Part shown: piece by piece, positions 1 to 9,005 of the stretch
How the letters are laid out: each line of letters opens with the position of its first letter
Position numbering within the stretch: position 1 is the stretch's first letter
NCBI RefSeq assembly: GCF_001521715.1
Contig: NZ_CP011863.1
Coordinates: 2,133,717 to 2,173,716, forward strand
Length of the DNA: 40,000 nt
Direction of reading: 5' to 3'
From: Enterobacter asburiae
GTDB lineage: Bacteria; Pseudomonadota; Gammaproteobacteria; Enterobacterales; Enterobacteriaceae
Translations under genes and position numbers: made by a program
The notes under the pieces: model-generated
Told to the model about the DNA's origin: nothing
Databases searched by the model: none
What the model saw: the letters and a program-made list of their open reading frames with translations, nothing else

Positions 1-695
1 TCGATTAAACTATCATGGGTACCGGTATCGAGCCATGCAAAACCACGACCCAGCAATTCTACCTGAAGATTCCCCTGCTCGAGATACATTTCATTCAGTG
101 TAGTAATTTCAAGTTCACCGCGTGCTGATGGCTTGACACATTTAGCCATATCAACCACGTTTTCATCGTAAAAGTATAGGCCAGTGACAGCCCAGTTGGA
201 TTTAGGCGCAGCTGGCTTTTCTTCTATACTTAATGCCTTGAAGTTTTCATCAAACTCGACAACTCCAAAACGTTCAGGATCCATTACCTGATACCCAAAA
301 ACAGTAGCTCCGGCATTGCCGGAAACAACCGATTCAAGTTTCCTGCCAAAACTTTGCCCGAAGAAAATGTTATCGCCTAATACAAGGGCACATTTATCAC
401 CCGCGATAAACTCTTCACCAATAATGAATGCTTGCGCGAGGCCATCAGGAGATGGCTGAATTTCATAGGATAAATTAATTCCGAAACGACTACCATCGCC
501 CAGTAAACGTTTAAAAGAAGGCATATCTTCAGGTGTTGTGATTAAGAGAATATCTCGAATTCCCGCAAGCATAAGCACCGACATTGGATAATAAACCATA
601 GGTTTATCATAAATGGGTAAGAGTTGTTTAGAGACTCCACGTGTTATCGGGTGCAAACGTGTTCCAGAACCGCCAGCCAGGATAATGCCTTTCAT
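1..695 (-). CDS. rmlA: glucose-1-phosphate thymidylyltransferase (RmlA/RfbA), first ~231 codons; C-terminus lies beyond the left window edge
   Basis: Absent from the ORF track because it stays open to the window edge. The reverse complement from ATG (693-695) reads [57 protein letters not shown]...[16 protein letters not shown]. This is the canonical RmlA N-terminus with the GGSGTRL motif. A GAGG Shine-Dalgarno lies 7 nt upstream. Confidence 0.9.
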   Translation of the reverse strand, partial: MKGIILAGGSGTRLHPITRGVSKQLLPIYDKPMVYYPMSVLMLAGIRDILLITTPEDMPSFKRLLGDGSRFGINLSYEIQPSPDGLAQAFIIGEEFIAGDKCALVLGDNIFFGQSFGRKLESVVSGNAGATVFGYQVMDPERFGVVEFDENFKALSIEEKPAAPKSNWAVTGLYFYDENVVDMAKCVKPSARGELEITTLNEMYLEQGNLQVELLGRGFAWLDTGTHDSLI

Positions 696-741
696 TTTAC
701 TACCTCAATACTTTTAAGCTAAATAGATTAGATATCTTTAT

Positions 742-1752
742 TTAAACAACATCTTCTCTGATATCAGTCGAACATAATGTTTTTACCCACGAGTCTACAC
801 TATAACGCGAAATTGCATCCAGGTGCGCATCGTTATATGGGATTTCAAAAAAACCAGAGTCGATTTGGATATTATCTCGATCGATAAAGTAAAAATTTTC
901 AGCTGAATAGAAATCGTAATTTTTAACTCGTGAATTGGTAGTTATAAATTTCCTCTTGAGAGGCAAGCATTCTATTGTCCTCATCGTCAAACCTGTCTGA
1001 CGGGGATGCTGGATATCAAGAACCGCATCAGCACTAGAGAAGAATGATGCTATCTGCTTTTTATTTCTAGAGCGAAGGGTAAAACTAAAAAGTCTGAACC
1101 TAATGATAGACTTAATATTAGTAAGAAGAAAACCTGCCAAGACAACAATTGAAGGGAAATAAAGAACAAACCTCAAATCATATTCATTTTTATATTTCTC
1201 ATAAATCTCCCCCAATAGTCTGTATCTGTCACTATGTACGGTACCGAGAAATGCAATGGATGGCTTAAAATTCTTTGAAGCGTCTTTTTTCGCTGTGCTT
1301 ACAAAATCCGGGGAATAAAACAATGGTAAATGAGTCATAAAATCATATTCTCGCGCATCGTTATCATCAAAGGTAAACACGCGGTCAAATAAATTCAGGT
1401 ACTCTTGAATATGAGGGTAGTTTTTAATAGAATCCCATGCGTAGTAAATGAATTTAGCTTTCTTATATTTATTTTTGAATTTTAATAAATTTTTTCTATT
1501 GAGAGATTCACCTTTGAGTACTATGACGTAGTCATAGTCATCATTTGTTTGAAGCAAAATCTTCTCAAAATACGCATCTGAAATACGTTTAAGAAAATTA
1601 TTATCTTTCCAAAGTCTGAGTAATATTTTAAAAAATACGTTATTAAATGGTTTTTCATCGAAATAATCAACGGTGGCACCGGCTCGCCTTAATCCATCAG
1701 ATATTTCATTTTCATAGTTAAAAAAGCGAGGACATAAAAACAACACTTTCAT
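742..1752 (-). CDS. uncharacterised O-antigen cluster protein, putative GT-B-type glycosyltransferase (CgeB/Glyco_trans_1_2-like)
   Basis: 336-aa ORF, very AT-rich, 1 nt after the upstream gene and 46 nt before rmlA. The C-terminal LDIQHPRQTGLTMRTIECLPLKRKFITTN resembles the G-x-R-x-x-E sugar-nucleotide-binding segment of GT-B enzymes. I cannot assign a family with certainty. The CDS itself is likely real; the function is tentative. Confidence 0.5.
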   Translation of the reverse strand: MKVLFLCPRFFNYENEISDGLRRAGATVDYFDEKPFNNVFFKILLRLWKDNNFLKRISDAYFEKILLQTNDDYDYVIVLKGESLNRKNLLKFKNKYKKAKFIYYAWDSIKNYPHIQEYLNLFDRVFTFDDNDAREYDFMTHLPLFYSPDFVSTAKKDASKNFKPSIAFLGTVHSDRYRLLGEIYEKYKNEYDLRFVLYFPSIVVLAGFLLTNIKSIIRFRLFSFTLRSRNKKQIASFFSSADAVLDIQHPRQTGLTMRTIECLPLKRKFITTNSRVKNYDFYSAENFYFIDRDNIQIDSGFFEIPYNDAHLDAISRYSVDSWVKTLCSTDIREDVV

Positions 1753-1753
1753 T

Positions 1754-2290
1754 TCAAATACTCTTCTTCACAACGGCCGGGATACCTACAAGTAGCACAT
1801 TGTTATCACAGGAATGCATTACAACAGCGTTTGCAGCGACAATAACATTGTCGCCAATTCGAATACCGCCAAGAACCTTAGCCCCAGAGGCAATAACCAC
1901 ATTATCACCTAAAACAGGGCGATTTAGGTGATTAAAGGGAATATCTATATTTTTTGCGCCCAGAGTAACTTGTTGGTATATCGTAGCGTTAACACCAATT
2001 TTAGATGCACCAATAACAATGCCCTGCGAATGAGGAATAAAGAAACCACCACCTATTTCGCAATTAGAAGCAATCTCAACACCAAAGACAACAAAATTTA
2101 TTAGAGAAAAAACTTTCCCTAAAATAGGTATTTTTTTCTTAAAGCAAAAATGGCTCATCCGGTATAAAATAACTGGAGTCATTTTCATTCCAAAAAAAGC
2201 CGATATTATACCTAAGATAGATACTTTTGATTTATTTCGCCCAGTCAGTTTGTAATATCTCAGTACATCATCTTTAACAAACTTAAACAT
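1754..2290 (-). CDS. hexapeptide-repeat O-acetyltransferase (CysE/WcaB-like)
   Basis: 178 aa with left-handed beta-helix repeats (GVEIASNCEIGGGFFIPHSQGIVIGASKIGVNATIYQQVTLG...VLGDNVVIASGAKVLGGIRIGDNVIVAANAVV). Preceded by a CysE/WcaB-type helical N-terminus. Alignable by eye to WcaB encoded in this same window. 8-nt overlap with wzy. Confidence 0.75.
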   Translation of the reverse strand: MFKFVKDDVLRYYKLTGRNKSKVSILGIISAFFGMKMTPVILYRMSHFCFKKKIPILGKVFSLINFVVFGVEIASNCEIGGGFFIPHSQGIVIGASKIGVNATIYQQVTLGAKNIDIPFNHLNRPVLGDNVVIASGAKVLGGIRIGDNVIVAANAVVMHSCDNNVLLVGIPAVVKKSI

Positions 2291-3431
2291 GAGGATGACT
2301 CCCTGTAAATATTTTTATTCTCACAAAAACAAGAGTAACAATGAAAAGTAAAAAATAGGTTTGAATAAAGAACAAATTATAAAAGCCACTGAATATTGCA
2401 CATTGCATTGCAATCGCATAAGGAAACAAACTATAACGATACGATTTAAGCAAATTCTTGTAAGCAATACTAAAAAGCAGAAGTAAACATGTAACCACAA
2501 TAAGGGAGCCCGCTATCCCAAGATCGGGCATTAGCTTTTCAAACATTGTCGAAACGTTGGCATTATCGTCTACTAACGTCATGGTATCATGGAATCCTAA
2601 ATCACTGTAAATAAGATTTCGGATAACACTGGGGAAAAGGTCCTGGAAGCTTGTAAAATCGTATACCGGAACTATGTGTGCAAAGTTATATGCAAGGTTT
2701 GCAAGACCTGCCGTAACATAGACATAAAACCATGTGAAGCCTGAAGGCAAACTCGACAGAAATTGTCCTTCTGGTGACAACAAATATTGATAAGGATTTT
2801 CAGCGCCCCTGATATCTCCTACAGCTCCAAAAAGGAGAACTATTGTGATTACAGAAAACACAGTGTAAATAAACATCTTTTTAGTGAATTTTTTATAGAT
2901 AAAAAATAAAAAAAATATTTCCACGAGGCCAGACATCAGTATACCTCGTCTGAAGACCAGCATTTCCCATATACTCATCAATAGTATAACCAGCAGAATA
3001 ATTTTTCTTTTTGACAAAAGAAAATGATAATACAGTGACGGAAAAACAAAAAGGAATAGCATATTAACTATCCCATGATATGTCGGTATACCGAATTCGG
3101 TATAATTATAGCCGCCCCTAAACTGCATAATCATTGGAATCCCGCCAGCAACAACCACATCAGGAATTATCGCAAAGCACCAAATGATGAGCCATATTTT
3201 AGTCGCTCGCCAGGATGGCATAATTTTATCCAGACGAACGCGATTAATACTGCCAGGAGTGATAAATGGAAGTGAAAAAATCAAACCCAAAACAACATTG
3301 ATTGATAAAAAAACCACCATCTCGTTTGAGAGCGGGCTAATATTAGTAGTCAATCCAAGCGAATATAATATAATTGTGAACAGCCAAATTGAAGCATACA
3401 CAAACCCTGGGGACATTAAAAAAATACTCAT
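2283..3431 (-). CDS. wzy: O-antigen polymerase (Wzy-type polytopic membrane protein)
   Basis: 382 aa with many hydrophobic helices, no recognisable soluble domain and very low G+C. Sits between the glycosyltransferase and acetyltransferase genes. Assigned largely by exclusion, since the other polytopic protein looks like Wzx. Confidence 0.6.
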   Translation of the reverse strand: MSIFLMSPGFVYASIWLFTIILYSLGLTTNISPLSNEMVVFLSINVVLGLIFSLPFITPGSINRVRLDKIMPSWRATKIWLIIWCFAIIPDVVVAGGIPMIMQFRGGYNYTEFGIPTYHGIVNMLFLFVFPSLYYHFLLSKRKIILLVILLMSIWEMLVFRRGILMSGLVEIFFLFFIYKKFTKKMFIYTVFSVITIVLLFGAVGDIRGAENPYQYLLSPEGQFLSSLPSGFTWFYVYVTAGLANLAYNFAHIVPVYDFTSFQDLFPSVIRNLIYSDLGFHDTMTLVDDNANVSTMFEKLMPDLGIAGSLIVVTCLLLLFSIAYKNLLKSYRYSLFPYAIAMQCAIFSGFYNLFFIQTYFLLFIVTLVFVRIKIFTGSHPHV

Positions 3432-3432
3432 C

Positions 3433-4410
3433 CTACATCCTCAGCTGTCGAAGTCTTCCACCTTCAATATATGAAAGTGCCAATACGATCTTATATATGA
3501 AGTCAGGTACTTTAATCGCTTTTGTATCTAATTTGTCACACAACCAAAGAAGGCTTTTTCGGGTTGTTGTAAGTGGTAGAAGATGGATAACATTTATGAG
3601 CAATTTACTGGGAAGTCTCGTATCATCTAACATTACTTCGTAGGATGAAAAGAGGCTGTCCTTCACGCACTCCGGGTGTTTTTCTTTCAATACAGGGAAA
3701 GATTTTGATGCATACACAACCATTCTTTCTGATGCTCGGCGCAATGTTGGTGTATCGCTGTCTTCTGCTTTTGCATCGGGTAAAAAATAAAAGTCATATT
3801 TTGCTTTTGAAACTCGGATGCCAAGTTCCTCATCTTCACAGCCGTAATGATAGAACGTCTCATCAAAACCACCGATTGTATTAATGATATCTCGTGTCAG
3901 GATAATGCCGTCACTTGCAAAGAAGCGAGTACTTATAATCCCTTCAGGTATATTACGCGCTCCGAGATAACGGCTATCAAAATAACGGAGGTAATTGCTA
4001 GTGGAAAGTCTCGCTGGGTCGATTCGTATATTAATTCTGGCTGCCGTGAAGTGCTTACCATGGAAAAAAGAAACTATTTTTTTTATTGCATTAGGTTCAA
4101 GCAGGTTGTCGATATCAATAAACATTATCAACGAGTTTGTCGCTAAAGAAATACCAACATTGCGGGAAATAGCCCTGCCAGAATTTACCTGATTCCTGTG
4201 GAATGAAAAATTTATTTTATCTTTAAAGGCTTCTCCATAAGAGGCTGCGATTTCTTTCAGTGAAACCGGACTACAATCATCAATAAGAATTAACTCAATA
4301 AGGTTATCAGGATAATCAATATTCAGTATGGCATCCATGAAACGCTTAACTTTCGATGGTTCACAATAGGCAGGGACCACTATTGAAATCTTATCATTGT
4401 ACTGCACCAA
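3433..4410 (-). CDS. family 2 (GT-A) glycosyltransferase
   Basis: 325 aa. N-terminal SIVVPAY...LIDDCS, DXD-like FIDIDN and the GCEDEELG motif, all typical of GT2 enzymes. Adjacent to wzy (1-nt gap), with a 17-nt overlap with wzx. Confidence 0.8.
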   Translation of the reverse strand: MVQYNDKISIVVPAYCEPSKVKRFMDAILNIDYPDNLIELILIDDCSPVSLKEIAASYGEAFKDKINFSFHRNQVNSGRAISRNVGISLATNSLIMFIDIDNLLEPNAIKKIVSFFHGKHFTAARINIRIDPARLSTSNYLRYFDSRYLGARNIPEGIISTRFFASDGIILTRDIINTIGGFDETFYHYGCEDEELGIRVSKAKYDFYFLPDAKAEDSDTPTLRRASERMVVYASKSFPVLKEKHPECVKDSLFSSYEVMLDDTRLPSKLLINVIHLLPLTTTRKSLLWLCDKLDTKAIKVPDFIYKIVLALSYIEGGRLRQLRM

Positions 4411-5653
4411 TGCACCTCGTAGAATAAATTATATTGAAGGCGTAAACTACTGCTAAACCGAAGACGATGTTACTAATACCCATATAATGAAAAATAGCAG
4501 GCACAACAGCCACTACCAGGCAGAAAGCTATCAACCACTTAATAGCTAATTTATTTAGCTGATTCATTCTAATTAGAACCATGCTGAGCAATTGATCTAT
4601 AGCTAAAATTGGGGTTAACCAGACAAACGTTCGCAAATAACTATAGGCATTAACAAGCTTTGCACCATAAAGAATATGAATAATCATGTCTGCAAGAACT
4701 GTTGTAAACAATGCGCCTGCGCAGGTTACTGCAAGTGTAGCGAAAACACAGAATGGCAATTTTCTTTTAATGTTTGTTATATCAATGAATTTAAATATAA
4801 AAATTGGTGCAATTGCCTGGACAAACAGAATACATATTGCATACCAGTTATCGACCAACTGAAGTGCTGCTGCATAGTTGGAATACATTTCTCCGGAAAT
4901 TTTACCTTCCAGATATACACGATCAAACTTCATAGTGACCTGTTGCATGATCAAACAAAACCATACGGCAACACCAATCTTAAGATATGAGAAAATTTCA
5001 GAATCAACCTTCACAAATCTAAACCCGGTAGCCTTTCTGAAAGAATAAAAGATAAAGCCACAAGGTAAAAGTGATTCAATGACCCATGCTACCCAAAGAT
5101 AATTTATTGGTAACTGATTCCTTACACCAATATAAATGACAATGAGTTTAATTATTGCAGCTAACATTAGTACCAGGCAAGGTAATTTAAGACGAGCCTG
5201 GCTTTGGTACCATGTTAAACCGACGATGAAAGTTTCTCGTAATGCGACAGATATGGCCAAACCAATTATGAACTGTCTGGACAGCCCACTTGCAGCAAAA
5301 AATCCCCATGCCACCATACACAACGCAACGAAAGTCCCTGCAGCCAGACGTAATATAATCACGTTGCTCATTGTGGTATTTATTTTAGATGGCGCATCCA
5401 GCAATTTAGGAATTACCACCTCGGCCCCACAGATCCATGTGCCTGTCATAAATATGGCTAAAATGACGAGAGAATATTGCCAACTGCTGAAATCACCAAA
5501 GTCATAATGATTTATCAACAATCTGTTAATAATAATAATAATAACAAGTTGAGTGATTCTCTCGATGCTAAGATAAAAGAAGTTAACAAAGACTTTTCTT
5601 TTATCTTCATCCGCCATAGTTTTTTTTATGGCTGATAATAAAAAATTAGACAT
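4394..5653 (-). CDS. wzx: O-antigen flippase (Wzx, MOP/PST family)
   Basis: 419 aa with about 12 hydrophobic segments and PST-flippase-like organisation. AT-rich. 8-nt overlap with the upstream SDR gene. Confidence 0.7.
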   Translation of the reverse strand: MSNFLLSAIKKTMADEDKRKVFVNFFYLSIERITQLVIIIIINRLLINHYDFGDFSSWQYSLVILAIFMTGTWICGAEVVIPKLLDAPSKINTTMSNVIILRLAAGTFVALCMVAWGFFAASGLSRQFIIGLAISVALRETFIVGLTWYQSQARLKLPCLVLMLAAIIKLIVIYIGVRNQLPINYLWVAWVIESLLPCGFIFYSFRKATGFRFVKVDSEIFSYLKIGVAVWFCLIMQQVTMKFDRVYLEGKISGEMYSNYAAALQLVDNWYAICILFVQAIAPIFIFKFIDITNIKRKLPFCVFATLAVTCAGALFTTVLADMIIHILYGAKLVNAYSYLRTFVWLTPILAIDQLLSMVLIRMNQLNKLAIKWLIAFCLVVAVVPAIFHYMGISNIVFGLAVVYAFNIIYSTRCIGAVQ

Positions 5654-6464
5654 CTGTCATATTCTTTTTAAAGTTATCAATCATTATTTCTATATCGGAC
5701 AATACATTGTTATAGACATGACCGAACTCATTCCTTGTTCTCGTATTATCCGTCGGTGGAAAATATTCTCCTTTGAAACCTTCATGCCATTTGATCGTGC
5801 AACCAGTTTTACTTGCAATTAAGTCTGCAATATCAGCAGCTGTTGTATTAACGCCTGATGCAATATTGTAGATGTTATACTCATTTTTACGGCTGATCTG
5901 GTAAATAAGCTCAGCAACGTCCGTGACTGAAACATAATCTTTTGCATAGGCAGGGGCAACATACATATCAATATGTTTATTCGAGATTGCATTTCTGATT
6001 ATGCTAGGCAGGAATAACTTACTCTTTAATGCCAAACCATATACATTGCTGGGTCTGACAATAATCGTATCTCGGTTGCTTTTTAAGCATAACTCTTCAC
6101 TTACCAGTTTAGTAAGATTGAAAAGCCTTCGGTTATCGCCCGTGCATACCGTAAGATTATCCATTTCCGACGCGCTATCTTGTTCCATGTAAACACGCGT
6201 TGATGAAATATAGATTAATTTCGAGAATTGAGCGCGTTCCAAAAGTGTTGCCAGCAACTCGGTGTTAGATTTATATACTTCAAACGGCGTGTTTGCACAA
6301 TCACCATTGCCAGCAGCATAGATGACAATTCCCAGATCTCTTTCAAAAAGAGTCTTATCATCACGCGGTGGAACCTCAACATTCTCACCCTTAGCCAGAA
6401 GGTTTTCAACGATTTCACTGCCAATGAAACCACGTCCACCAATCACTGTATAATGTGCTTTCAT
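5646..6464 (-). CDS. NAD(P)-binding extended-SDR family protein; candidate dTDP-4-keto-6-deoxy-L-hexose 4-reductase replacing RmlD (Tll-like?), atypical active site
   Basis: 272 aa with an N-terminal Rossmann motif VIGGRGFIGSEIV and the SDR Ser/Thr region YISSTRVY. At the expected YxxxK position it reads F115-N-L-T-K119 (nt 6108-6122; codons checked on the DNA). 4-nt ATGA overlap with rmlC. Confidence 0.55.
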   Translation of the reverse strand: MKAHYTVIGGRGFIGSEIVENLLAKGENVEVPPRDDKTLFERDLGIVIYAAGNGDCANTPFEVYKSNTELLATLLERAQFSKLIYISSTRVYMEQDSASEMDNLTVCTGDNRRLFNLTKLVSEELCLKSNRDTIIVRPSNVYGLALKSKLFLPSIIRNAISNKHIDMYVAPAYAKDYVSVTDVAELIYQISRKNEYNIYNIASGVNTTAADIADLIASKTGCTIKWHEGFKGEYFPPTDNTRTRNEFGHVYNNVLSDIEIMIDNFKKNMTDV

Positions 6465-7000
6465 AAAGATTTTTTATACTCTGCAAGTGTAATTAATTTA
6501 ATATCTTTTTCTGAGAGAACTGGTGCTGTTACCGGCCAGTCAATAGCAATATCCGGATCATTCCAGATAATTCCACCTTCATCCTTTGGATCGTAAAAAT
6601 CAGTACACTTATAGTGAAAATCGGCATATTCGCTTAATACACAAAATCCATGGGCAAATCCGGGAGGAACGTATAATTGGTTATTCTTCTCGCCAGAAAG
6701 AAGAACACCCACATACTGACCAAATGTCTCAGAATCGTGGCGCAGATCCACTGCAACATCATAAACTTCCCCGCTGATTACGCTGACTAATTTACCTTGG
6801 GGTTTCGTTTTCTGGAAATGCAGTCCACGCAAAACATTTCGACTCGAACGTGAGCGGTTATCCTGTACAAAATTACCTTTGATTCCTGCATTTTCATATT
6901 TTTCTTTATGCCAGGCTTCAAGGAAAAAACCGCGAGTATCGCCAAAAACCTTAGGTTCAATGATCACACAATCTTTTAAAGGTGTTTGAATTACATTCAT
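6461..7000 (-). CDS. rmlC: dTDP-4-dehydrorhamnose 3,5-epimerase
   Basis: 179 aa: MNVIQTPLKDCVIIEPKVFGDTRGFFLEAW...FVQDNRSRSSRNVLRGLHFQ...GKLVSVISGEVYDVAVDLR...VPPGFAHGF. This is the classic RmlC cupin sequence. Confidence 0.92.
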   Translation of the reverse strand: MNVIQTPLKDCVIIEPKVFGDTRGFFLEAWHKEKYENAGIKGNFVQDNRSRSSRNVLRGLHFQKTKPQGKLVSVISGEVYDVAVDLRHDSETFGQYVGVLLSGEKNNQLYVPPGFAHGFCVLSEYADFHYKCTDFYDPKDEGGIIWNDPDIAIDWPVTAPVLSEKDIKLITLAEYKKSL

Positions 7001-7080
7001 TTAAAATCCCTCAGCTGGAAAGATATTCTCACCAGCTGCTTTATTAGTTAATTTCGGATACTGGTTGAAACTATAAATAC

Positions 7081-8967
7081 TTAACTTTTGTGTTCTTTCC
7101 AAAGTAAGTCACAGATATCATCAGTAGGATTAAATGCGGTAGGTGCATTTAACAGTATTTCGCGTACCCGCTCATAATCAAAGTTGCGACATGAGCTATC
7201 CAATTCTGCGATAATGTCTTTCATTTCATCCCACGGAAGCATGACTTCATTAGCCGTCTTAATTCGTGGATGCTGTGTTATTGAGACGTTATCGCCAATC
7301 AACAATTCTTCATACAGCTTCTCACCAGGACGCAAGCCAGTCGTTTTGATAGCAATATCGCCATAAGGATTTTTATCATCACGAACTGAAAGTCCTTGCA
7401 AGGCAATCATACGGTGGGCGAGGTCAATAATTTTGACCGGATCACCCATATCCAATACGAAAACATCCCCACCACTGCCCATTGCTCCAGCTTGAATAAC
7501 AAGCTGTGCGGCCTCAGGAATGGTCATGAAATAACGTGTGATGTCAGGATGCGTTAACGTCACCGGACCACCAGCAGCAATTTGTTTTTCAAATAATGGT
7601 ACGACGGAGCCGGATGAACCTAGCACATTTCCAAACCGGACCATGCTGAAACAGGTTTTACTTGACTCTGATGCGAGAGCCTGAAGTATTAGCTCTGCCA
7701 TTCTTTTTGTTGCGCCCATGGTGTTCGTTGGTCGCACAGCTTTATCCGTAGAGATAAGCACAAAACTTTCGACACCACAGTTTTCGGCAGCTTGTGCACA
7801 ACATAAGGTCCCGAAGATATTATTACGAACACCATCAATAACGTTAAATTCAACCAGGGGAACATGCTTATAAGCAGCCGCATGATAGATGGTCTCAACG
7901 CTAAATGCCTTGATTAACCTTTCAAGATGCGCCATATCCTGAACGTTGCCCAGAATTGGATAAATCTTAACATTTAAAGATTGTGAAAGTATTAAATTTC
8001 GCAATTCAGAATCAATTGAATATAGTGAGAATTCTGATAATTCGAAAAGAATTAGTTGAGTAGGTTTATTTCTGATTATCTGTCGACATAGTTCAGAGCC
8101 TATAGAGCCACCCGCGCCAGTAACCATGACTGTTTTACCCTGAATATTCTTTGAAATTAATTCAGGGATCGGGGTAACAGGATCGCGACCTAAAAGGTCA
8201 GTAATTACTACCTTACGTAAGGCATCGATTCTTGCTTTTCCTTCAACGAGGTCGACCATCCCAGGTATTGAAAGCACCTCGCACGGAAGTCCCTCAAGGG
8301 TAGATATAACCTCATTTTTTCTGGCGCGGCTGGCACTTGGCATTGCCAGGAGAATTTTCTTAGCTTCGTACTTCTCTATCAACCAGGCCAATTTTTCAGG
8401 TGAAAATACGCTTACACCATGGATGACCTGCCCCTGCAATGAGCGATTGTCATCAACAAAAGCCACAGGATAGTATTCATCCATTTGGCTTAACGCAGGA
8501 AGTAACTGGCGTCCAGACGCTCCAGCCCCATATATAATTACGCGTGTTCCCAATTTTAAACCGCGATTGACCAGCATTCTCATAGCAAGGCGTGAGCCTG
8601 CAACGAACAATACTCCGAAAGAGAAGTAGATAAACGGGATTGTTCTTGGAAGATAGAGATTCGTGTAAAATGCGGCAATAATCAGCAACAACGACGAAAT
8701 TAGCATCCCAATAGCAACTACAAGCAGTATTTTCGCAGTTATATACCTTATGACAGCTCTATAAAGGCCAAGTTTTACAAAGATGGCCAAAGTAATCACT
8801 ATTATCGATGTTAGCAGTAACCAATGAGATACGCTTGATAATGGCGTCATTGAATCAATACGGACCCAAAATGCAAACCAAAATGCGCACATTAACAGTA
8901 CTACATCAATAGAGAGCGTTATAATCCGTTTTATTAGTCTTGGCAAAGAAATTAAATAAGTTAGCAT
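7081..8967 (-). CDS. membrane-anchored UDP-GlcNAc 4,6-dehydratase (WbpM/CapD/PglF family)
   Basis: 628 aa. Four N-terminal hydrophobic helices, then two Rossmann motifs (IIYGAGASGRQL; VTGAGGSIGSEL) and an extended-SDR core (AAAYKHVP...STDKAVRPTNTMGATKRMAE). Confidence 0.85.
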   Translation of the reverse strand: MLTYLISLPRLIKRIITLSIDVVLLMCAFWFAFWVRIDSMTPLSSVSHWLLLTSIIVITLAIFVKLGLYRAVIRYITAKILLVVAIGMLISSLLLIIAAFYTNLYLPRTIPFIYFSFGVLFVAGSRLAMRMLVNRGLKLGTRVIIYGAGASGRQLLPALSQMDEYYPVAFVDDNRSLQGQVIHGVSVFSPEKLAWLIEKYEAKKILLAMPSASRARKNEVISTLEGLPCEVLSIPGMVDLVEGKARIDALRKVVITDLLGRDPVTPIPELISKNIQGKTVMVTGAGGSIGSELCRQIIRNKPTQLILFELSEFSLYSIDSELRNLILSQSLNVKIYPILGNVQDMAHLERLIKAFSVETIYHAAAYKHVPLVEFNVIDGVRNNIFGTLCCAQAAENCGVESFVLISTDKAVRPTNTMGATKRMAELILQALASESSKTCFSMVRFGNVLGSSGSVVPLFEKQIAAGGPVTLTHPDITRYFMTIPEAAQLVIQAGAMGSGGDVFVLDMGDPVKIIDLAHRMIALQGLSVRDDKNPYGDIAIKTTGLRPGEKLYEELLIGDNVSITQHPRIKTANEVMLPWDEMKDIIAELDSSCRNFDYERVREILLNAPTAFNPTDDICDLLWKEHKS

Positions 8968-9005
8968 ACTAAAAACTAGTCGCCTCGTTAAAGCTTGCTA
9001 TTAAT

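Noticed and set aside
2908-2915. A8/T8 homopolymer tracts inside wzy (2908-2915), the GT2 gene (4077-4084) and wzx (5630-5637), considered as possible slipped-strand phase-variation switches.
   Set aside because: In ~12 kb of DNA this AT-rich, a few 8-nt A/T runs are expected by chance (rough estimate about 3). Known phase-variable tracts are usually longer, and all three reading frames are intact.
3075-6596. Plus-strand ORFs of 60-125 aa inside the AT-rich O-antigen genes (e.g. 3184-3474, 3847-4146, 4676-4990, 5136-5507, 6228-6596).
   Set aside because: They are antisense to the wzy, GT2, wzx and SDR genes, have no SD or recognisable motifs, and lie against the operon's uniform minus-strand organisation.
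7012-7038. Hairpin CAGCTGG-n13-CCAGCTG in the spacer between the WbpM-like gene and rmlC, considered as an internal terminator.
   Set aside because: It has only a 7-bp stem with a 13-nt loop and no U-run on the transcribed strand. That is too weak to call.
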